Assembly: GCA_027491915.1 (NCBI GenBank)
Contig: JAOZGC010000002.1
Coordinates: forward strand, 128,001 to 192,000
Length of the DNA: 64,000 nt
Direction: 5' to 3'
Source of the DNA: Thermoproteota archaeon
GTDB taxonomy: Archaea > Korarchaeota > Korarchaeia > Korarchaeales > Korarchaeaceae
The notes under the pieces are model-generated. The model was not told the DNA's origin. It made no database searches and was given only the letters and a program-made list of their open reading frames with translations. How positions within the stretch are numbered: the first letter of the stretch is position 1; each line of letters begins with the position of its first letter. A program made the translations under genes and the position numbers. Shown here piece by piece: positions 57,643 through 64,000 of the stretch.

Positions 57643-58863
57643 TTGGGTTCGCACAGGCTGTTTAAGGACCTCAACTCCCAGGAGAAGTATACAATCCATT
57701 TGGAGATAGTCGTCAACGGGCACGTGGACCACAGCGATGTCATCGGGGCGCTCTTTGGTCAGATGGAGGGCCTGTTGGGTCCTGAGCTGGAGCTCAAGGA
57801 GCTCCAGAAGACGGGGAAGGTGGGGCGAATTCACGTCAAGATGAAGACCGAGGGGGAGAAGATGAGGGGGACCATCACGGTCTCTTCCAGCCTAGACAGA
57901 GCCAGGACGGCCCTGCTGGCCGCCGCCCTGGAGACGGTAGATAAAGTGGGTCCATACAACGCCTCGGTGACTCTGAAGAAGATAGTTGACGAGAGAGATG
58001 AGAAGAGGAGAAAGATAGCCAAGAGGGCCGTTCAGATAATAAAACAGTGGAGGGCCGAGTCTGCCGAGTCATACAGGGAGCTCATAGACCTGGTCATCAA
58101 GGAGTCGGCCGAGGAGGAGATCATACTCTACGGCCCCGAGAGGCTGCCGGCCTCTCCCGGCATAGGGGAAGCCGAGAGCGTGATCGTCGTCGAGGGCAGG
58201 GCCGACGTCGTGAACATGATGAGGTACGGTTGGAACAATGTGATATCGATAGGTGGAGCTGTGGAAAAGGTCCCGGAAACGGTGGTGAGATTGATAGGGG
58301 AGAGGGAGGCGACCGCCTTCGTCGACGGCGATAGGGGGGGAGAACTCGTCCTCAGGGCCCTCTTGGAGCAGACCGACGTCGACTTCGTGGCCAGGGCGCC
58401 GCCCGGAAAGACGGTGCAGGACCTGACCGCCAAGGAGATCAGGAAGGCCCTGGCCGCGGCCGAACCAGCGGAGGAGGTCAGGAGGAGGATGGGGATCAAG
58501 GGTCCGAGTCCGGCGCCCGCCGCGGAGGCGGCGCCCCGGACCAGGAGCGCCGAGCCGGAGGTCAGGGACAGGAGGCTCGCCAGGCTCCCCCCCGGCATGA
58601 GGGAGCTGTACAGGAAGGCGGAGGAGGAGGGAGTCGCCATCTTGGCGGACGAGGAGATGACCCCTCTTGCCTCGTTTCCGCTGAGCGATCTCTACGACTC
58701 GATGGACAAGGTTGAGGGTGCGGCATACTTGGTCTACGCCGGTAACCTCACCCAGAGAATAGTGGACAAGGCCTTCAAGTCGGGCCTCAGGGCCATAGCG
58801 GCGAGGAAGCTGTTCGACGTCACCCGGGTCCCGGCCGGGGTCAAGGTGTACACCGCTGAGTGA
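57643..58863 (+). CDS. dnaG: Archaeal DnaG (TOPRIM; exosome-associated)
   Basis: DVIGALFGQMEGLLG, ELQKTGKVGRI, VVEGRADV, FVDGDRGG. Confidence 0.95.
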   Translation: MGSHRLFKDLNSQEKYTIHLEIVVNGHVDHSDVIGALFGQMEGLLGPELELKELQKTGKVGRIHVKMKTEGEKMRGTITVSSSLDRARTALLAAALETVDKVGPYNASVTLKKIVDERDEKRRKIAKRAVQIIKQWRAESAESYRELIDLVIKESAEEEIILYGPERLPASPGIGEAESVIVVEGRADVVNMMRYGWNNVISIGGAVEKVPETVVRLIGEREATAFVDGDRGGELVLRALLEQTDVDFVARAPPGKTVQDLTAKEIRKALAAAEPAEEVRRRMGIKGPSPAPAAEAAPRTRSAEPEVRDRRLARLPPGMRELYRKAEEEGVAILADEEMTPLASFPLSDLYDSMDKVEGAAYLVYAGNLTQRIVDKAFKSGLRAIAARKLFDVTRVPAGVKVYTAE

Positions 58864-58866
58864 ACG

Positions 58867-59961
58867 GTGCCGAACTTGAGGATCCTCGTGCTGGACGAGC
58901 GCAGGGGCACCGCGAAGCTGAGGCTCGAGGGGGTGGAGGACGTCTACTACCTCTACTCGGTCCTCTCCCCGGGAGACTACGTTAGGGTGAGGACGGCCCG
59001 GAAGGTGAAGGGAGATTCCTCGCGCCCGGACAGCGGTGAGAGGATCCCCATGACGCTGACCCTCGAGGTGGAGAAGCTGGAACTCAATCCAGAGGGAGGG
59101 GGGCTCAGGATACTCGGGATCATAAGGGAGGGACCGGAGAAGTACGGGATCCAGGGCAAGCACCACGCCGTGACCCTGGGCCCCAATCAGGAGGTATCCG
59201 TCAGGAAGACCAGGTGGGAGAAGGTCCACACGGACCTCCTCAGGGAGGCCGAAGGGAAATCTCAGAGGCCGAGGCTCATAGCCGTAGTGCTAGATGAGAG
59301 GAGGGCCATGATCGCCCCGATAACCGACTACAGGATAGAAAAACCGGTAGAGATCGTATCCAAAATACCTGGCAAGGCCGGCGATAGACAGAGGTTCAGG
59401 GATCGAGAAATCAGGAGGTTCTTCGAGGACGTGGCCGCGACGATAGTTGAGCTACAGAGGAGACACGGGGAGATCCCTGTGCTGGTGGCCGGACCGGGGT
59501 TCTTCAAGGAGGAGTTCCTTCGTTACCTGAGCTCCAACTTCCCAGAACTTTCTTCTCACTGTAGGCTAGCTCAGGCCTCCACGGCGACCAGGAGTGGATT
59601 GAGGGAGCTTGTAAGGAGGGGAGAGGTGGCGGCGGTCGTCCGGGATCTCTCCCTAGCCGAGGACGCCGCGGCGGTCGACGAGCTCATGAGAAGGATGGCG
59701 AGGGGATCCCGCCTTGTGGCCTACGGCGAACAGGAGGTCAGGGAGGCCCTGACCTTCGGCGCCGCGGATCTGCTTCTCCTGACCAGCAAATTCGTTTTTT
59801 CCGATGAGACCAGGGAGGTCGCCCTGAAGATGCTCGAGGAGGCCAGGTCCACGAGATGCAGGCACAGGATAGTGGACTCCTCGACGGAACCAGGGGAGAT
59901 CTTAGACGGGCTGGGTGGAGTTGCCGCCCTCCTGAGATTCGATTTCACTCGATCAGATTGA
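58867..59961 (+). CDS. pelA: Pelota/Dom34 mRNA surveillance protein
   Basis: EDVYYL, TARKV, GKHH, IPGK, AGPGFFKEEF, AYG..EV, LGGVAALLRF. Confidence 0.94.
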   Translation: MPNLRILVLDERRGTAKLRLEGVEDVYYLYSVLSPGDYVRVRTARKVKGDSSRPDSGERIPMTLTLEVEKLELNPEGGGLRILGIIREGPEKYGIQGKHHAVTLGPNQEVSVRKTRWEKVHTDLLREAEGKSQRPRLIAVVLDERRAMIAPITDYRIEKPVEIVSKIPGKAGDRQRFRDREIRRFFEDVAATIVELQRRHGEIPVLVAGPGFFKEEFLRYLSSNFPELSSHCRLAQASTATRSGLRELVRRGEVAAVVRDLSLAEDAAAVDELMRRMARGSRLVAYGEQEVREALTFGAADLLLLTSKFVFSDETREVALKMLEEARSTRCRHRIVDSSTEPGEILDGLGGVAALLRFDFTRSD

Positions 59962-60240
59962 GGCTATCGCCTCCAGCACGAAGAACAGGATCACCCCGGC
60001 GGTTATCAGCTTCCTCCCCTTGTAACTGAAGACGTCGCTGGCCCACAGCACTACCCCTATCACTATGAGGGCCCCGGAGAGCACCCTGCCGAAGTCTATG
60101 AACCAATCCTTCAGCTCCAGGACGAACTCCTGTATCAAGCCCAGTTCCCTGAACACGGCGTCCCAAATCTGATTTCCCGGGGAGAGGTGAGGGATGAGGA
60201 GCTTCCCGATCTCCACGTTCACCCGACCTTCCACCCCCAT
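59953..60240 (-). CDS. Small two-TM hypothetical protein
   Basis: ALIVIGVVLW...KGRKLITAGVILFFVL; fills the gap on minus strand. Confidence 0.6.
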   Translation of the reverse strand: MGVEGRVNVEIGKLLIPHLSPGNQIWDAVFRELGLIQEFVLELKDWFIDFGRVLSGALIVIGVVLWASDVFSYKGRKLITAGVILFFVLEAIASI

Positions 60241-60275
60241 CCCACCCCCCCATTTCGGGAAGTCTCCGGCCCCGA

Positions 60276-60974
60276 TCAGAAAACTTCTCCGATCCTCTTC
60301 CTGCTGAGCTTTCTGCTCCTCATCAAGAGGAGGAGCCCGTCCTCGAACTCTTGAAACTCGCCCAAGACTATGGAAGCATAAATTCCGGTCGTTCCAACGA
60401 CCCTGCGCCTGCCCAACACCCTGACCCTCTCCCTCACGGTCTCCACCGACACCCCAACAATTCTGGCCACCAGGGACTCCCTACCCGGCACGTCCAGTTC
60501 GGCGTGCCCGTCCGGAGTCGGGAACACGAGGATGAGGGACTTGTTGACCCCGGGCCTCCTCACCCCGCCCTCCAGATCTCTCTCGGAAACCACCCCCCCA
60601 AACCTGTAGAACTCCTCCTCCCTCGATCTGAGCGGAACCAGGGGGAAGGACACGGTCACCCTGTTCGGCAGAGTGATGTACCCCTTGACGGCGGAATTCG
60701 GAGTCGACTGGACTATCCTCCTCTCCAGCGGACACCCCAATCCGGAGAGGGCATCCTCCAAGATGGATATCGGTCTCGGAGGACGGGGGACGAACACGTC
60801 GACGTCGCTTCCCTCGCTGACGTCTCCTCTGGCCAAGCTTCCGTAGGCGAAAGCCTCAATTCTCAATTTTTTCAGGCTCCTCAGCACCTCTAGAGCCCTC
60901 TCCCTGAGGGAAGAGAGGAGGTTCCACCTGCGTCTATCGTAAAGGACCACCCTGTCCGGGTTAAAAGGCAGCAC
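60276..60974 (-). CDS. Pol-beta superfamily nucleotidyltransferase (COG2413-like)
   Basis: YGSLARGDVSEGSDVDV, QSTP, EFYRFGG, PGVNK.L, GTTG. Confidence 0.88.
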   Translation of the reverse strand: MLPFNPDRVVLYDRRRWNLLSSLRERALEVLRSLKKLRIEAFAYGSLARGDVSEGSDVDVFVPRPPRPISILEDALSGLGCPLERRIVQSTPNSAVKGYITLPNRVTVSFPLVPLRSREEEFYRFGGVVSERDLEGGVRRPGVNKSLILVFPTPDGHAELDVPGRESLVARIVGVSVETVRERVRVLGRRRVVGTTGIYASIVLGEFQEFEDGLLLLMRSRKLSRKRIGEVF

Positions 60975-61004
60975 ACCTCACCTCGGGGCGGGAGTCCGGA
61001 TAAA

Positions 61005-61673
61005 TTGAGTGGTGGGAGAACACCAGATAGGTGCTCGAGGTGCGGCGCGAGGCCAGCCGTCTACCGCAGGGTGTACTCCGGAGAGTTCCTGTGCCTCGAC
61101 TGCCTGAGGAGATCTGTCCTCCGCGGGATAAAGAGGGTGATATCCAGGTACGGGTTGCTGAGGGAAGACTCCCACATACTCCTGGTCATCCCGAGGTGGG
61201 ACGTGCACCGCGCGGCCGCCGAGCTGTTCGAGCTGGTGGAGGCCGCCTTCCCCAGGGTGAGACTGGATCTGGAAGATGCGCCTGATGTTGGGGGTGACTA
61301 CTGGAGCTCCCTCCTGGCCGCCGCGAAGCTCGCCGCCTCCGACGCCGGTGGCAGGGTGCCGGTGGTTCCGCTCACCCTGGACGACGCCCTGGGGTTCTTC
61401 CTCCTGTTCTACTCCGGTCGCCCGCTGGCCCTAGCAGTAGACGGCAGGTTGAGCCTTGGCCCCGCGGCCGCCGTCGAAGGGACTGTGGCGCTTCCCACCG
61501 TGGAGATCCCGATGGCCGAGATCCAGGTCCTCTTCAAAGTCCAACGTCCCGAGGACCCCATCCTTTCTGCCCTGGACCGGATGGAGGCGGCCGCGCCGGG
61601 GGCCAAGATGAACCTCCTGAGGACCTACCACAGGCTGGTGGCCCCGCGGAGGCGGGAACCGTTTTTTAAGTGA
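61005..61673 (+). CDS. Degenerate TtuA/Ncs6-like protein lacking the PP-loop
   Basis: N-terminal CSRC...YSGEFLCLDC Zn finger and ISRYGLL; no SGGKDS; C-terminal LDRME..PGAK.NL. Confidence 0.65.
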   Translation: MSGGRTPDRCSRCGARPAVYRRVYSGEFLCLDCLRRSVLRGIKRVISRYGLLREDSHILLVIPRWDVHRAAAELFELVEAAFPRVRLDLEDAPDVGGDYWSSLLAAAKLAASDAGGRVPVVPLTLDDALGFFLLFYSGRPLALAVDGRLSLGPAAAVEGTVALPTVEIPMAEIQVLFKVQRPEDPILSALDRMEAAAPGAKMNLLRTYHRLVAPRRREPFFK

Positions 61674-61693
61674 GGGTCGCCCGGTCGGGCGAT

Positions 61694-63136
61694 ATGTCCC
61701 ACAAGAAGGCCTTTGAACTTACTCCCAAGGAGGAGAACTTCTCTCAATGGTTTGACGAGACCCTGTTCAAGGCCGAGATACTGGACGAGCGGTATCCCGT
61801 GAAGGGAATGTATGTGTGGCTCCCGTACGGGTACGAAGTCATGGAGAGGATCATGGACATAATGGAGGAGCTCATGAGGAAGACCGGACACAGGCGGGTC
61901 TATTTTCCCGGGGTCGTTCCTGAGAGCGTCTTGGGGAGGGAATTCCGATTCATAAAGGGTTTTGAGGGCTCCGTCTACTGGATAACCATGCTAGGCCGGG
62001 GGCAGGCCCCCGAGAGGCTTGCCCTAAGGCCGACCAGCGAGGCCATAATGTACGAGGTCCTCTCCAGGTGGATCAAGAGCTACTCCGACCTGCCCCTCAG
62101 GATATATCAGATAGTCCCGGTATACAGGTTCGAGACCAAGGCCACTCGACCCATGATAAGGGTGAGGGAGATAGCCTTCTTCAAGGAGGGGCACACCTTC
62201 CACGCCACCTACGAGGAGGCGGTAGAACAGGTTAATCTGGGAGTTAGAATCTACAGGGAATTCTATGACAGGCTCTTGATACCATACTTGGTCGTCAAAA
62301 CCACCAGCTGGGACACCTTCCCCGGGGCGAGGTACAACTACGACCTCTTCACCATAATGCCGGACGGGAAGTGCCTCGAGCTCGGGAGCGTCATAAATTT
62401 CGGAGACCTCTTCGCCCGAACATACAATCTGAAGTACATGGACCGGGATGGGACGGAGAAAAACGTCAACACGACCTCCTTCGGCGTATCTGAGAGGAGC
62501 CTGGCCGCCGTCATAGCGATACACGGAGACGACAGAGGGCTGAGGCTCCCCCCCGAGATAGCCCCCATCCAGGTCGTGGTCGTCCCGATCCCGATCAAGG
62601 GGTCGGTCGGCGAGGTGATGTCGGCTGCCGAGAGGGCATCCTCACTCCTGAGCGAGGCGGGATTCAGGGTTGAGCTTGATGACTCTGACGACAGACCGGG
62701 CTACAAGTTCTACAAGTGGGAGCTCAAGGGGGTCCCGCTGAGGATAGAGGTTGGGCCCAAGGAGGCCAGGGGGGGATACGTGACCGCGGTCAGGAGGGAC
62801 GACGGCTCCAGGGAGGAGGTTCCCAACGAGAAGCTCACCGCCAGGGTGGGGGAACTATTGGAAGAGATTGCCTCTGGGCTTAGGACCCAGGCCCTGGAAT
62901 ACTTCGAGTCCAGGGTGGCGTCGGCCTCCTCCATCCAGGAGATAGAGGAGTTGGTAAGGGACAAGATCGTCTCATTCCCATGGTGTGGCAGAGAGTCTTG
63001 CGGTCACCGGGTGGAGGATCGTGTGGGCTACAGCATAATTGGGTATGAGGAGAACGAACTCGCAGGCAGCGGGGCGAGCTGTGTGGTCTGCGGCGGAGAC
63101 GCGCCGCACCGGGCCTGGATAGGCAGGAAGTACTGA
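61694..63136 (+). CDS. proS: Proline--tRNA ligase (archaeal/eukaryotic type)
   Basis: FSQWF, RYPVKG, LRPTSE, YRFETKATRPMIRVREI, HGDDRGL, WELKGVPLR. Confidence 0.96.
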   Translation: MSHKKAFELTPKEENFSQWFDETLFKAEILDERYPVKGMYVWLPYGYEVMERIMDIMEELMRKTGHRRVYFPGVVPESVLGREFRFIKGFEGSVYWITMLGRGQAPERLALRPTSEAIMYEVLSRWIKSYSDLPLRIYQIVPVYRFETKATRPMIRVREIAFFKEGHTFHATYEEAVEQVNLGVRIYREFYDRLLIPYLVVKTTSWDTFPGARYNYDLFTIMPDGKCLELGSVINFGDLFARTYNLKYMDRDGTEKNVNTTSFGVSERSLAAVIAIHGDDRGLRLPPEIAPIQVVVVPIPIKGSVGEVMSAAERASSLLSEAGFRVELDDSDDRPGYKFYKWELKGVPLRIEVGPKEARGGYVTAVRRDDGSREEVPNEKLTARVGELLEEIASGLRTQALEYFESRVASASSIQEIEELVRDKIVSFPWCGRESCGHRVEDRVGYSIIGYEENELAGSGASCVVCGGDAPHRAWIGRKY

Positions 63137-63185
63137 CGGCGCCGATTTTTATAGTGCTCCCCCTCCTAGTCCTCGGGGCTAAGGG

Positions 63186-63533
63186 ATGCCGAAGAAGAGG
63201 AAGAACAGGGGCAGGAAGCTCTCTGGGTCCGGCCACGAGAGGGCGGTTCACTGCTCGGCCTGCGGGAGGCTCGTGCCGCTGGACAAGGCCGTCAAGATAA
63301 CCCGATGGGTCTCTCCCGTGGGAGGGACGATCGGGAGAGACTTGGAGAGGCAGGGCGCCTACATCTCGAGGAGGCTTGAGACCAGATACTACTGCGTCAG
63401 CTGCGCCGTCCACATGGGGCTCGTCAGGCCCAGATCCTACGAGGAGAGGAAGGTGGCCCGGCCCCTCCAGTCAAGGGGTCGCGGTAGGAGGAGAACCTCC
63501 TCCAAGGTCCCCCTCAAATTCATGAAGTTCTGA
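63186..63533 (+). CDS. rps26e: 30S ribosomal protein eS26
   Basis: MPKKRKNRGR, CSACGRLVP.DKA, YYCVSCAVH. Confidence 0.95.
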   Translation: MPKKRKNRGRKLSGSGHERAVHCSACGRLVPLDKAVKITRWVSPVGGTIGRDLERQGAYISRRLETRYYCVSCAVHMGLVRPRSYEERKVARPLQSRGRGRRRTSSKVPLKFMKF

Positions 63534-63540
63534 GAGAAGG

Positions 63541-63735
63541 GGGAACCAGCCCAGCTGGCCCCGGCATCCTTCCAGGATCTGGTCGTACCGCGGCCGCGGG
63601 CGGGGCCGGATCGGTTCCCGCCCTCTCCTCCGCTCGGTTGGGGGGTCTCCCACCGCGTGGGCCTCCCAGGTCCGTGCCATTCCCCCGAGGGGGCCTCACG
63701 TCCCCTGGTGCCTCGCGCGTAGGCCGGCTCGGCCG
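63541..63735 (-). ncRNA. Candidate orphan structured RNA (~190 nt)
   Basis: Very GC-rich, multiple nested helices, TATTTAAG box on minus strand at ~63767-63760, no credible ORF. Confidence 0.45.
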
Positions 63736-63951
63736 AGATCCGGAGCCGCGTGGGGCGATCTTAAATAGGAGGACGTCCCGGTTAGATATAAATTGGAAGC
63801 CCTCGGGCTGGCGGCGATCCGTATTTTGTCCCGGATTTCCCGTCGAGCGGGCCGCTCTCGGTCGATCCAGCAGATCCGCAGGTGCGGGCGTCGGGCTCTG
63901 GATCTAGGATTGGGGGCGGGGTGAGATCCGCCCGGTTGGAGGCGAGATCCA

Positions 63952-64000
63952 ATGTCCGGCGAATTCAGACCCAGGGGTCTGGTTAGAACCCTGATACTCC
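63952..64000 (+). CDS. 5' fragment of a CDS running off the window (MSGEFRPRGLVRTLIL...)
   Basis: GGAGG RBS then ATG at 63952; frame open to window end. Confidence 0.4.
   Translation, partial: MSGEFRPRGLVRTLIL

Noticed and set aside
63541-63735. SRP RNA, RNase P RNA or TPP/cobalamin riboswitch identity
   Set aside because: Only superficial fragments (CCAG..GGAAGG; GAACC.GAUCCGG); diagnostic conserved motifs are missing
63471-63907. ORFs 63471-63680 (-) and 63638-63907 (+)
   Set aside because: Arg/Pro/Gly-rich translations of a GC-rich structured tract, with no RBS or family motifs
1-64000. CRISPR arrays, IS elements, integrases, rRNA genes, selenocysteine or pyrrolysine read-through
   Set aside because: No periodic repeats, transposase or integrase motifs, rRNA sequence, or in-frame stops inside conserved domains were seen

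Overview
A GC-rich (roughly 60-65% by eye) core-genome window from a thermophilic TACK-type archaeon. PolB1, eS26 and an intron-containing cbf5 point to a Korarchaeota/Thermoproteota-like host, which is an inference. It holds the rearranged ribosomal super-operon (uL14...secY-eL34-eL14-cbf5-tRNA-Ser-uS13-uS4-uS11-[orphan]-rpoD-tRNA-Leu-eL18-uL13-uS9 on minus; uL22-uS3-uL29-rnp1-uS17 displaced to plus). It also holds pheST, trpS, proS, gatDE, cca, pus10, aIF5A, pelota, dnaG, polB1, an iorAB + upper mevalonate operon, and an ECF/type II pantothenate kinase/Nudix operon. No CRISPR array, IS or prophage was seen. Most notable: (1) a 16-nt bulge-helix-bulge mRNA intron splitting the catalytic Asp codon of cbf5; (2) recurrent sharp AT-rich synonymous-codon islands inside conserved genes; (3) an orphan inserted between uS11 and rpoD with an arcadin-2-like C-terminal motif; (4) unannotated structured RNA candidates (H/ACA-like RNA before dnaG, a ~190-nt orphan RNA after eS26, a uL30 leader hairpin); (5) several genes that appear to need CTG/ATT starts; (6) degenerate enzyme paralogs (TtuA-like, GlcD/GlcF-like). 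All calls come from reading motifs by eye, without database searches.
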